The notes under the pieces are model-generated. The model was not told where the DNA came from and did not search any database. It saw nothing but the letters and a program-made list of their open reading frames with translations. This document shows, piece after piece, positions 29,606-40,816 of a stretch of 64,000 bases of DNA; positions within the stretch are counted from its first letter, which is position 1; each line of letters starts with the position of its first letter. Made by a program: the position numbers and the translations under genes. Origin of the DNA: Candidatus Bathyarchaeota archaeon (GTDB lineage Archaea; Thermoproteota; Bathyarchaeia; Bathyarchaeales; Bathycorpusculaceae); assembly GCA_963775685.1 (NCBI GenBank), contig CAVZJV010000014.1:64001-128000 (forward strand), in the 5' to 3' direction.

Positions 29606-29699
29606 TTGTTTTATTGGCATCAAGATAACGGAAGAGTCAACCTTGTCATAGAAAATATTAATGCTGTAGTTGCCGGCGTAGAGTTTCATCTGGATAGTT

Positions 29700-30372
29700 T
29701 TGATGTGGGGTCAATTCAGCTTCCACAGAGATTTCAATAAGTCGAATCATCAACTGGATAGGAGTTGCCGCTGGAATCACAACGTTACTGTTGGTCGATG
29801 TATCCTTTTTTGTTCCCTGGTGGATTCTAACTGTCGGCGATAACCTGCTCCAAGTTAATGCCTCACCTGTTAACACTAATTTTGGCTTGTCGGGAGCTGC
29901 GTTTGCTGTGCCGTTGATTTTGGCGTTAAACTTCATATGCGTACTAATATTAGTTGCCTGCGGAGCAGTATGCTTCTCTACTCATGTATTCCAACAAAAT
30001 CTTACGCTAAAGACTTGCTTGGATTTTCCTACAAAAAGCCTCTTTACGTTTTAATTTTTTTCGTCCTTGGTTTAATCGTGACTGTTTCGATCGCGGGAGT
30101 ATTTGATTTAAGTATTCCATTGATGGGAACATCAAACGCTAGTTTACCTTCAAGTTTACTTATGGGTGCAAGCATTAACGCGCCAGTTTCAGCGAGTTTT
30201 CTCTTTTGCCGTTTTGGCTAGCGATAGTTGCTGTGGGACTCTGTGTTGCTGCTCGGCTTTATCATGGACACTTTTTTGCCAAAAAACTAATCTCTGTAAC
30301 GTTGCAAGTTGCCCACGATCTGTCTCCGTCTTCACCGCAGATTTAGTGGTTTTCAACATTTGTTTGCCTTAG
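29700..30372 (+). CDS. Multi-pass membrane hypothetical protein broken by frameshifts
   Basis: Hydrophobic coding segments continue across ORFs 29791, 29937 and 30166. Ends are approximate. Confidence 0.5.
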
Positions 30373-31063
30373 AAAATCGCAAACATTGCCTTGATTTCCT
30401 TTTATTTTTTCTATAAGCAATAAGTGTTAGGGGCTTCAAGAGCGGTGCAAAGAATTAAAATTTCTTTTCTTACTTTGCCGAAGGTAGAGGTTGAGGCTAT
30501 TTGGAAATATTTGTTATCTGATAAAAGAACAACATCAGTTGAATTTTGCAAAATTAGATCGGTTTGTTTTGGGTTGGTTTTGTTGTTTAGGCTTTGGATA
30601 GGCTGCAGGTTAGGGTCTAAAATGGAATGCTAGTAATGGATAGAAATGGCAATTGTTCTAGTTGTTCAGTAGGTTATCTATTTGTGGGGTTGATGTGCTT
30701 TTATGGGCGTTGTTTTAGAGTATAAGATGACGAAATGTTGTTTGCAGATTTTTTTGGGCTTGTTTGGGGTGCTTGATTTTGTTTGGGGTTGGGGTTGTGG
30801 TGTTTGCAGGTTGCGTCTGGAAAAGTCACAGAACGTCACAAAAAGGCAATTAGTTTTATGTGGATACAACAACATTTGTCGTCCACTGAGAAAATAAATT
30901 TTAAGACACGGTCACACACACCTCTTGCCTCAAATATGTCTAATCAGAGCCACCTCAAATCCCCCACTAACCTGTTTCAAAATAAATCGGAATCACCAAA
31001 GTTTAAAGCCAAGCCAACATTTATCTAAAGAACACTCAAAAACACCTATAAAACAAAATGTAT

Positions 31064-31141
31064 GGGGCCGTCGGCTAGTTTGGTCCAGGCTTGTAGCCTC
31101 GGGCGCTATAGACCCCGGTTCAAATCCGGGCGGCCCCACCA
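31064..31141 (+). tRNA. tRNA-Pro (anticodon CGG), no intron, CCA encoded
   Basis: Acceptor GGGGCCG/CGGCCCC, anticodon arm TAGC-CTCGGGC-GCTA, T arm CCGG-TTCAAAT-CCGG, ends in ACCA. Confidence 0.95.
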
Positions 31142-31327
31142 CAACACTCTAGGCGCCTACACGAGAGAAACAGTCGGCTTAAGTTTTGCCATTGTTTAAT
31201 CCTGCTGAAGTCATATAATTGCGGTTGTGTTTAGGGGTTATCTGTGTTTGTATGCAATTGTAAGCAAACGTTATATTTTCAATTCGCTGAGTATTGTTAA
31301 ACCTTCGAAGTTGGCAGGGTTGTAAAC

Positions 31328-31931
31328 ATGTCCGGAGCTCTTTGTCCTCTCCTTAAATTACACTGCAAGGAACAAGCTTGCGTCATGTTCCAAGGTGAAC
31401 ATTGCATCTTAGTCAAATTCTTCTCAGAATTCTTTAGCGAGGGTCGTCCTAATGATTTAGAAACTTCTGTACGATCAGATTTAGATGAAATAACTTCAAA
31501 AGTCGACCGAACTCCTGGTCTCTCCCAAGAAGAAATTAAAAACCATAATTGCCCTCACTCAGATTATTTGGAAATTCCTGAGAGGTTAAAGAAGCGAACC
31601 CCCCGTAGAACTAAAAGAAGATATTTTAGAATATGCGAAAAAAGAATTCGTTGATCAAGACTTGGATGTCCCTTATTTCGTTAGCGAGCTTTTCTTGTTT
31701 TATGAAGAAGAAATAGAACTTTGTCGATTGCCTTTTGAATTCTTTTCCAAGCTAGAACTCACTGAGGCACTTGCTCGAAGGGAAATAAAAAAAGCAGAAA
31801 AAGAGAAATTCCAAAAATTACAGTCTATACGTGCATCAACTATATCTCCAGTTGTTGAACAAATTAATTTGGAAAATCAAATTGACCATGACTGCCCAGC
31901 TGATGAAAAGAGGAATAGTCTTATTCAATAA
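31328..31931 (+). CDS. Hypothetical protein, split by a frameshift
   Basis: N-terminal CPLL..C....C..F....C motif. ORFs 31328-31654 and 31662-31931 appear to be one gene. Confidence 0.45.
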
Positions 31932-32865
31932 GTTTGAGTTAGGGATTCATACCGTGTAGGGGTTAAGCCCGGTACTGCACATTTCTATAGTTATTTTGCG
32001 TCGAATTCGAGAAAAATCTCATTTGCGTGTTTACTATTGCTTTATCTGGTCGCTATTTTTCATTTTCCAAGCAAAGATTTCATGGTGTAAAGGCGAATTA
32101 GATTGGTGAACGTCAATGGAAAGTGCCAAATCAATTCTTTTTCGGTGTCCCACGGATGGGTAATCTTTCTCCGCTTGACTCATAGTTCACCTCCGGCACA
32201 ACAAATATTAAATATCAGTATTTTCCAACTAGTACAAACGACGCCCAAGATTCTCTTGCTTTTAAGTGATGGCAAACCCCGAAGTTCAAGGGAGGGTTGA
32301 AAGGAAATAGGGTTAAGCCGAGATGCAATTGGTAGTCCTTTAATGGGTTATGAAAAAGTGGTTCAATTTTAAGAATTAAGGAAACTAATTTGAGCAAAAA
32401 TAAGATTCTTAGCGGCAGAGCCGACAAAACCTCTAATCTTAGACTTTTTCACCTTTACGTTTTGCGACCTGTCGCCACTAATCTTCTCAATCTTAATGGT
32501 CAAACGTTTGTGTGTTATAATAAAGAATATGCCGATAGAAGAGGCAGCCTCAACCATATGGTTTTTTTAACCCCAAAAAAGGAAGAATAAGACAATTATT
32601 TAGCACTAATGAACGCTTTTTAGTTGTTTAGACACTGAATTTTTGTCTTCCAATTTAGTGACTATTAATTCATAATAGTTAATACTGACAAGGCAGTTGG
32701 TTAAAATCTAGAAAATAGGTAAAGATCAATGTTAATGGAAAAATCAGAACAAAAAGTTTCATCGTGCAAAACAATTTTCCTCTCCATCGAGGGTTACAGC
32801 TCTGTTGCCACCCCCAAAATGTGGAGTGACAATCTCCCGAATCAGGCAAGAGGGCGATAAAAACT

Positions 32866-35840
32866 TTGCAGAAAAAAATGAAATGCGAAGTATTAGTGGT
32901 TATTACAGTTTTACTTTTGTCCGTAATTATCTCTTGTTTACAGAGTAGTTATGCATGTGCTCAAATAAGTTTCAACTCCGCCTCTGGCTCAAATAATCTT
33001 TCAATACAATTAAATTATGGAAGTTTTAGCGTTACAGAGCATAAAATGTCTGCAACAGAGCTTCAGCAGTACAAAAGTAGAGCTGGAGTTTATCAAGAAG
33101 GACATAATTACAACAATATCGTTAATTGTCACGGGACCGGGCTAAGTCCGCCGACTTCTAGTGAGTGGACGGACATCGCTAAAGATGCCTACGTCGTCGA
33201 CAGAATTACCGGTCAAACGCCGTCTGCAGCGGTAGATCAAACTGCATCCTCATGGTTCCCACCAATTGGCGATCAAGGTCAACAAGGATCATGTGCATCT
33301 TTTGCAGTCGGGTATTATGCTAAGACTTTCCAAGAGGCAAAAGAGCATTCATGGAATTTAACGAATGCAAGATGGATAGGGGGAAGCAATGATGGTAATA
33401 TATCGGCAGATTATCAAAGCGAAGTTATGAGCCCAGCATTCATTTACAATTTAGTTAATAACGGTACCGATGGTGGCTCAGACTTTGAGACGCCAATCCG
33501 ATTAGTCAACAATGTTGGTATATGTTCTTGGCAAAAGATGCCTTATTACTGGCAGGATCACCTGAGGTGGCCATCAGAAAATGCATGGGCTGAAGCACCG
33601 TTATACCGGTCAAACAACACATTTGGCTACCAGTATTTGTATGTTAACTCAACCCAAGGCGTAACAAGTTTGAAAAACTGGTTAACTGCAGACAACCTGG
33701 CAATTATAGGAGTTGATGCATACGATAATCTGCTGAACTTAACCAGTACATCAAATCAAGATTTGCTTACTACAAATAACTACATAAACGGTGACATGGA
33801 CCATGCTGCCACAATCGTTGGGTATGACGATTATTTCACCTATATGGAAAATGGCACGCTACACCATGGAGCTTTTAAAATTGCTAATTCATGGGGAATA
33901 GGCGACTGGGAAAATCTCGCCGATGGATGCTACTGGATTTCATATAACGTCATGAAAGAGCTTTCAACCTCAGACAATCCTACAGTTCTATTTGGACGAC
34001 TTGGTTGGTTACCAAGCCTCAGATACTGGCAACGTTTAATGTTGCTCATGCGGCTAGAAGTGACTGCAGCATAACTTTCGGTTTAGGCACCCCAAATACA
34101 CCTATTGTTACGAAGAACTTTACTGACTTTGTCTTCGGAGGCGCTTTACCTTTTTGTCAAAACAACATAGTGTTTGACTTAACAGAGTTTAAGGATTACA
34201 TGACTTCTCCGTACAATCAACAGTTCTTCATGGAAGTTTACGATGCTGGATCAGATAAAGGGGGAACCAACGACACTGGAACAATAAACTATTTCGCCAT
34301 AGGAAACACCAGTTCACCTCAAGCACCAACTCAAACCAACAATGATCACTTTGTAAACTTAACGTTAACCTATTCCTTGGCGCCAACAACCTTTAACGTT
34401 TCACCAGCATCCGGCCCTTCCTCAGGCATAATCACACTTGAAGGCACAGGCTTTGCTGGCAGATCTGTAAACATTTCATACTTAAACCCATTAACCAATG
34501 ATTGGATTCCAATAACAGATAACCTAGCGATACTGTCAGAAAACTTTAGCTACGTCACTCATGCTCCAGACTTAATGCAGAACAACCCAGCAGGCGACAA
34601 TTCGCCGCTCTCTAACAGCGTCGTTTTTCGAGCCCAAGACAACAGCAACGACATTTCATACAACACAACAGTCCCCTACACTGAATGGCGACGAGGCTTA
34701 ACCCAAGTAGGCAACTCAACTGCAACAGGATTGTACGGCAACAACACCGACCTCTCCTCAACGCTATTTGTCGAGAATGAACAATCAATAACTGTTTCAG
34801 GCAAATGGTTCAGCCCAGGAACCGCTACTATCCTTTGGGATGATATAACTAGTTTGGGTACAGCACCCATAGATGCAACTGGATTGTTTAACGTAAACGT
34901 GCAGGTGCCAAAGACAACCGCTGGACCGCACAACCTCACAATAAACGACGGCAGCTATACCTATTGCATAAACTTAACTCGATTGCCAAAAGTAACTGAT
35001 GATTACACTGATTCGTGGCGTACAGAAAACTTTACGGTGAATTTAACCCCTGACTACAGCGGCAATGAAATCTACTACAAGATCAATTATGGCCCTGTCT
35101 GTAGCATCTCCACCGATGGTCAACCCCTCATAACCACAGAAGGTCCCAGCAACATGCTCGAGTACTGGAGCATATGGAACCTTTACGGAACAGGCAGCAG
35201 GGAACTGTCGCATGTGATCTTAACGGGCATTAAACTGGACATAACTACGCCTCAAGTCTCACTGGAGATAAATGGCGGTTCAACATCCACAACTTCAAGC
35301 ATGGTCACCTTAACTTTGGCTGCCACAGATTCTACGTCAGGCATCAACCAAATCCGATTCAGCAATGACGACACATGGAACCAAGCTGCATGGGAACCAT
35401 ACGCAAGCAGCAAGAGTTGGCAACTAACCAGCGGCGAAGGAACAAAAACAGTTTATTGCGAAATTCAAGATAACGCCGGCTTAAACACAACTGTTGGTGC
35501 TTCAATCACTCTTAATACATTGCAGTTTTTACCAACGTTAACTTTACCAACAGCTACGTCATCCCCAAGTCCATCTCCTACCACAACTTCAACATCTACA
35601 ATCTATCCATATGACTTTATAGGACCGTTGCCACCAGGTGCAACACGTGCCCCAGCGCCAATTACATCACCTACACCTTTCCCAATCCCCACTCAAACGC
35701 CAACGCCAAATCCATCATCGATGATTCTAAATGTTCCAGTAATAGGTGCCATAATCTTGATCGGTGTGGTACTTACTGGGCTACTTGTGAAAAGAAAGAA
35801 AAGCCAAAACCCCAAGTCTTCTCTTAAAAGAAAAGACTAA
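32866..35840 (+). CDS. Surface-anchored papain-like C1A cysteine peptidase (frameshifted near 34000)
   Basis: Signal peptide, GDQGQQGSCASF, DHAATIVGYDD, NSWG, Ig-like domains, Pro/Thr linker, C-terminal TM and basic tail. Confidence 0.88.
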
Positions 35841-36513
35841 CCACAACCTTTTCTTTTTATTTTTTTTATACTTTATCTCAGGGTTCTACATTTTTTGTCC
35901 TAACTAAAATAGATTGAAAGGAAAAATAGTTTCTCTGTTCATAAGCATTAGTTGAAAACCTGCAAAAAAGCCTAAAACTTAACGTAGTTACCCAATTAGG
36001 TTTGTTTAGACAAGTGAACCTGCATTTGACGTGATATATACGAGTACTATAACTAAACAAAGGGCAATACATATTGGGGCTGCACCCTTTCTGGAAAAAA
36101 ACGTATCATAGTAGCTTGTAACATCATTTTTGAAAACTCGCAGCCAAGTTGCGATCGTGGAATTCACTGCCATTTCGAAGCCTTCTCCAACATGCTGAGG
36201 ACAAGTTGCGCTAATAAACTTCATTCCGTGACCGTACTAACGGCAAACAGCAATCTAACATCAGGCATACTGCCTACTCTCTGCCCACAGCTGATTCTAA
36301 AGCATCACTGTTTTGTTTGGGGAAAAGCAGTTTAACTAATCTCTTGGTCCGATTCCTTAAGAAATTCAACAGACGTTTGTTTTACTGGTAAATTGGGGAT
36401 AGGATCCCCCGCCCAACACTAGTTGAATATCTCCAGTAACATGTTGAAAATGCTATTCTGCCGTTTGAGACGCGGCTAATTCTCTTATTTTGTTGGCGGT
36501 TTTGAACCCAAAT

Positions 36514-36538
36514 GGGTTTAGGGCCGGGCGCCCCATCA
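36514..36538 (+). repeat. Degenerate third copy of the tRNA-Pro 3' end
   Basis: GGGTTTAGGGCCGGGCGCCCCATCA compared with CGGTTCAAATCCGGGCGGCCCCACCA. Confidence 0.45.
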
Positions 36539-36592
36539 AGGAACTTTTGAACCGCTTAAAATTGCATTGTTTTGGAATGAAACGGGTGAATA

Positions 36593-36711
36593 TCAGTTAA
36601 CTAAGTGTTTCAAGTGATTTTCAAAGGTTTACTTAAGTTGAAGCCTAAATCTTTGGATTTTTCAACTAATTCCTTGTCTAAATATAATACAACGTTGCCT
36701 TTGTTTGACAT
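36593..36711 (-). pseudogene. CcdA-like ribbon-helix-helix protein remnant
   Basis: MSNKGNVVLYLDKELVEKSKDLGFNLSK/FENHLKHLVN with one frameshift. Confidence 0.65.
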
Positions 36712-36914
36712 TTGCATTCGCATCCGAGCGCATCCAAATGGGACGTATTGTTATAAAGTTGGTCTTTTGTTTAGTCACTCAATCATAATTTATTGATTTT
36801 CGATTTTTTAAGAATTACCTGAATTTTCACAATTTCTAATTTTTAGAGCAATGTCAATATTATTCGAAAAAGCTATGAACTTCTATTGTGAATTAGATGT
36901 AGAGGAACTATTGT

Positions 36915-37400
36915 TTGATAACAAAAATTCTTGTGGGAGTAGACGGTTCTAAAAACTCGGAAAAAACTTTGGATTACGCTCTTGAAATCGCTGACAAGTT
37001 TTCTGCATCTATTCTAATCCTCAACGTTTTTCAGCCACCTCCAGAATTAGGATACCAGCAAAACATGTTTTCGCAGTTTCCGGCGTCCGGATCTCCTCAA
37101 GATACAATTGGTGACCAGTCGAATTTGTCTGCCTTTATCAAAGACCTTCGAAAAGTACATGAGGCAATTTTGTCCAAAGCCGCTGAAAGGGCGATTAAAC
37201 TAAAACCCATACTTAAAATCACCACTGAACTCAAAGAAGGAAACACACCGTCTCAGATAATTGAAACTGCTGCAAATGGCGGGTTTGATTTAATAGTTGT
37301 AGGTCATATGGGGGAAAGCCAAATCAAGGAATTCCTTCTTGGTAGCACAAGCGAAAGAGTTGTCCACCAAGCAAGATGCAACGTGTTAGTTGTCAAATGA
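36915..37400 (+). CDS. Universal stress protein
   Basis: KILVGVDGS, DLIVVGHMG, LLGSTSERVV. Confidence 0.93.
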   Translation: MITKILVGVDGSKNSEKTLDYALEIADKFSASILILNVFQPPPELGYQQNMFSQFPASGSPQDTIGDQSNLSAFIKDLRKVHEAILSKAAERAIKLKPILKITTELKEGNTPSQIIETAANGGFDLIVVGHMGESQIKEFLLGSTSERVVHQARCNVLVVK

Positions 37401-37409
37401 TTCGAGCAC

Positions 37410-37540
37410 TAAATGTGCTTGATTTTTCTGAAATAATTCCTCGACTAAATACAAAACAACCTATTTCCTGACTGTAATTTGCATTCGCGCCCAAGGGCAA
37501 GCGAGGGGAGAACTATGTTATATGTTTGTATTCTTTGTTG
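37410..37540 (-). pseudogene. Second, more decayed CcdA-like remnant (degenerate direct repeat of about 36645-36775)
   Basis: Shared DNA blocks TAATTCCT.G.CTAAATA.AA.ACAAC and ATTTGCATTCGC. Translation RMQITVRK*VVLYLVEELFQK. Confidence 0.55.
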
Positions 37541-37763
37541 CAAATTGAAAGCCTTTTTTGTCCAAATTTGGGAGATTTGATCGTAGTCTGCTTAATTTGC
37601 TTTCGATTTGTGTATTGTCTCATGCATTTGGAAACACTGGTTCTTCTTTTGCATAATTATTGTTAAAATATCTTTATAAACACTAAATATAGTGTAAAGA
37701 TTAATCATGCAGGCACTATCTTCAGGTACAACTTCCTCATTTGATGTTTCGATTTAGCAGAAG

Positions 37764-37794
37764 AGACCCCGGTTCAAATCCGGGCGGCCCACCA
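37764..37794 (+). repeat. attR-like direct repeat of the tRNA-Pro 3' end
   Basis: AGACCCCGGTTCAAATCCGGGCGGCCCACCA. Confidence 0.9.
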
Positions 37795-37923
37795 TTGAAC
37801 CTTAAGCGTTTGATTAGAAAGAAAATAATTCAGCCTATTGTTGGATTGAAACTGCTTTTAGTCTTTAAACTAAGCTTTTCTTTGAAAAGCCTTTTGCAGT
37901 AAAAACTGGTTATTGATTGATTT

Positions 37924-38175
37924 TTAGTTTTCCCATACGGATAGGATTGATGGTTTTAGTTCATCTGTAGAAATAAAGTAGCGTTCGCTGTCCAGTAGCA
38001 AATTCAAGTTGTGTTGGTTTACAAAGTCTTTGATGAAATCAAGGTTGTTGTTATCGACTGATTCTTCGTCTATACTTAAAACAATTCCATCCTTCGGGGT
38101 GTCAAGCATCTTTACGTCTAAACTGCAGCTTGAACCTAATTCTCTTTTAAACACCATAGCCTCAAATATCTTCAT
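37924..38175 (-). CDS. Small hypothetical protein
   Basis: 83-aa ORF with GGTGAAAGGA RBS. Confidence 0.65.
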   Translation of the reverse strand: MKIFEAMVFKRELGSSCSLDVKMLDTPKDGIVLSIDEESVDNNNLDFIKDFVNQHNLNLLLDSERYFISTDELKPSILSVWEN

Positions 38176-38375
38176 TATTTCCTTTCACCCATCCAAATTA
38201 TGCTGATCACTAAGCCAAAATGTCTGGACAGGTGAATGCAAACTTGGGTTACAATACATTATGGACTTGAGTACTCTTAAGGCTTCGTGTTCATAGAGCC
38301 AGAAAATGTGACGCCTCAAGTCAATACGCGCTAAATCAAGGCAGAATAAAAAAGGTAATTGGCCAAAAAGAAAAA

Positions 38376-38574
38376 AGGCGTATTTTACAATGTTATGCCT
38401 ACGCTCTTTGCGCCATTTGGCCTAATTCAGGGTCGGCTTTGGTGAATATTCTTGATTGCCGAAGCTGACCAAGATTCCTAGTAAAGCCACGTAATACCTG
38501 CACATAGCGAGCGCCAAGCGGAAAGGTTCATAGACGACTTTCAGTTTTCAGGTTAAATTCGCGATCGATGAACC
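38376..38574 (+). ncRNA. Candidate structured non-coding RNA of unknown class
   Basis: 15-bp stem 38431-38445/38456-38470 with G-U pairs, outer helices TGGC/GCCA and CGCTC/GAGCG, and a second stem GGTTCAT/ATGAACC. Confidence 0.45.
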
Positions 38575-38684
38575 GTGAATTAACTTCTAAACTGTCAATG
38601 CCAGATATAGGACATATGACTTGCAAATCTTGATTGAATTTCAATAAACAAATTATCTTTTACTTTTCTGGAAGGGGAGAAGGG

Positions 38685-39026
38685 TTAAAAAACTCCCATA
38701 AACTTCACTGCCACAACGGCGATAGATATTACGGCAAGCAAAAATATTATTTTTCCCTTTGATTTAGCTAAACCACCTGATTCGGCTTCGCCCTGCTGGA
38801 ACTCATATTCCTTAATTTCTTTGGTCTGAAAGTTAATCTGCACTTTTGCACTTAACTTTTGGAACATCATTTCGACAACGTAGAGTTCGCCCTCAAGAGA
38901 AACTTTCATTGGCATCCAGTTGCCTTTGTAACCTAAGCGTTTTAGGAAGTCCACTGTTAATGCGGTTGCGTTTTCTGCGTCGAACCGTGAAATCTCTGGC
39001 GAAACCTCAGTGGGGTCACTTGACAT
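38685..39026 (-). CDS. Hypothetical protein with C-terminal TM helix
   Basis: 113-aa ORF, PepSY-like beta pattern, hydrophobic C-terminus. Confidence 0.7.
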   Translation of the reverse strand: MSSDPTEVSPEISRFDAENATALTVDFLKRLGYKGNWMPMKVSLEGELYVVEMMFQKLSAKVQINFQTKEIKEYEFQQGEAESGGLAKSKGKIIFLLAVISIAVVAVKFMGVF

Positions 39027-39140
39027 GAATCTTCCTTCTGAATTAGGGCGTTCTCTTTTTTAGGGGTTATGAAGCCTAGAACCGTATTTCTAATCAACAA
39101 AAGATGAAGATCCAAATACGACCTGTTTGGAGAAAAAAGG

Positions 39141-39377
39141 TTATGGCAGTGGTTGGCCAGGTAGTTCCGGTGCTGTTTGGTTAAACATACTGTCGGTTTG
39201 ATTTAGGATGGTGCTTTCAATGTTTCGTATCCTGCTTAGCTGAGGAATGTTCTCGGTATTTAGGGTTTGCTGCATTATGGCTACTGCGTAATCGACAACT
39301 ATACAGGCGAAAACCACTGTTGAAGTAATTAAAAGTAACGCTGCAACTGTCGTCTCCAAAATCTTCTCCTTCTCCAA
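39141..39377 (-). CDS. Small membrane-anchored hypothetical protein
   Basis: N-terminal hydrophobic helix. Confidence 0.6.
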   Translation of the reverse strand: MEKEKILETTVAALLLITSTVVFACIVVDYAVAIMQQTLNTENIPQLSRIRNIESTILNQTDSMFNQTAPELPGQPLP

Positions 39378-39487
39378 TATCGTAATCGCTGAAAAATCCT
39401 TTAATAGGTTGTTCTTTTAAACAAAATGTTACGGCTTTGGATGCATGTCTGCAAAAAACAACTTTGAAAATAAGATTTTGGATGCGA

Positions 39488-39988
39488 TTACTTCTTCTCA
39501 GTTGGCTGCTCTGGAGTAGCGTTTGCAGTTGCGACTGGGGCTTCCGCCGAAGCTGGTGGTGCTTCAGTTTTTTCTTCAGGCGTCTGTTTTGTGGGTGCAT
39601 TCGATAGTATCTGGATCTTCTCTGCCATGGGGTGAAGCAGATCAGGCGGTGGATAAGGAGTGTTCAGGTTAGAAGATAGGATGTAGATGGAGTTGAAAAC
39701 ATGCTGATAGATTGTGAAGAGTATTTGGGGGATTTTTGTTTTAGGGTTTACTTCAAGCTTTTTCTTGATATCGTCGGGTTTGCCTGACATGGTTACGATG
39801 CCTGAAGTTGAATATTTAACGACGTTTGGCTTTGTGGAAATTAGCAAAGTAAAGGCAAGAGTAACTTGGTTGTTCTCCTTTTTCTGCTCTTCAATTTTTG
39901 CGTTAATATCAAAAAATAACTCTTCGGTAGCCGAGTAAGCGCCTGTTCGTTCGGCCTGCAAACTACTAAGATTGACTGAAACTATCAC
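39488..39988 (-). CDS. Hypothetical protein (SecB-like fold possible)
   Basis: Beta-rich N-terminus, helix followed by PYPPP, low-complexity tail. Confidence 0.65.
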   Translation of the reverse strand: MIVSVNLSSLQAERTGAYSATEELFFDINAKIEEQKKENNQVTLAFTLLISTKPNVVKYSTSGIVTMSGKPDDIKKKLEVNPKTKIPQILFTIYQHVFNSIYILSSNLNTPYPPPDLLHPMAEKIQILSNAPTKQTPEEKTEAPPASAEAPVATANATPEQPTEKK

Positions 39989-40112
39989 TCCTGAGACAGA
40001 ATACTGCGGGCTTACGGCTAATTCCTCTCTAATTCATTCTGTTATTTTCATATTAAACTTTCGTATATAGCTAACCTAATTAATCACTATTCAAATCAGT
40101 GCTTTTCAAGTT

Positions 40113-40694
40113 TTACGGGCTATCTCCACTGTTGTAAAAGGCTGGCACGGAAAGCTCAGCAATAAACTTGAAGGCTTCGTCTTCTTTAGCAGTAGTTTTT
40201 TGTTTTAGCACTATCTTTTTTGGGACATCTTCTTCTATGTAAACTATGTAGTTGACAGTTGTTCCCAAACCAAGACGGGCAAGCTGTTGAACGGTTCCCT
40301 TAAACTTCTCATATTCTTGAACTTTGACGTTTATTTTTTCAATAGCTTCAAACAATATTTCGGTTTGCCCTTGTTCAGTAAATGAGATTGCTATATCTCC
40401 TGATTGAACCCAACATGACGTTTCCTCTTTTCCTTTTGCGCCTTTCCCGCCCTTTTTTGATTTGTCGGTTTCTGCGGGCTTCTTTGAGCTTGCTTTTAGA
40501 GTTTTTTGTAGGGCGGCTGATTTCTGGAACCATTCTTCATTTTTATGGTTGCTCTGGGCATCTCTTAGCACTGAGCCTAACCATTGGCTGTAATCTTCAT
40601 ACAATGCTTTGTACTGAGTTGTTTGGTTTGATAGATATTCGGTTAAATCTTTAAGTGACATGAAGGTGCGTATTTCTGTTCCCAATTTTTTCAC
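40113..40694 (-). CDS. Hypothetical coiled-coil protein
   Basis: 193-aa ORF with GGAGTG RBS. Confidence 0.7.
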   Translation of the reverse strand: MKKLGTEIRTFMSLKDLTEYLSNQTTQYKALYEDYSQWLGSVLRDAQSNHKNEEWFQKSAALQKTLKASSKKPAETDKSKKGGKGAKGKEETSCWVQSGDIAISFTEQGQTEILFEAIEKINVKVQEYEKFKGTVQQLARLGLGTTVNYIVYIEEDVPKKIVLKQKTTAKEDEAFKFIAELSVPAFYNSGDSP

Positions 40695-40816
40695 TCCTAC
40701 AATAAATCCTATGCTGGTTATAGTTAGATTATATTATGGATACCATTACCCCTTTTTTGGAATAATAGGGTTTGTCCATTACAGAAATTACATACTTTTT
40801 CTGCATCAACTTAAAG

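Larger units (their letters stand above)
31110..37794. mobile_element. Genomic island inserted at the tRNA-Pro 3' end (no intact integrase)
   Basis: tRNA 3' 32 nt (31110-31141) are repeated at 37764-37794 with one C missing. Confidence 0.8.

Noticed and set aside
36240-36310. Integrase active-site relic (CGQRVG-like) inside the island
   Set aside because: The match is too short and interrupted to support without a search.
36645-37540. CRISPR array or composite transposon around the USP gene
   Set aside because: There are only two long degenerate copies and no transposase or cas genes. The repeats translate as CcdA-like relics.
37764-37794. Second tRNA gene
   Set aside because: Only the 3' T-arm and acceptor strand are present.
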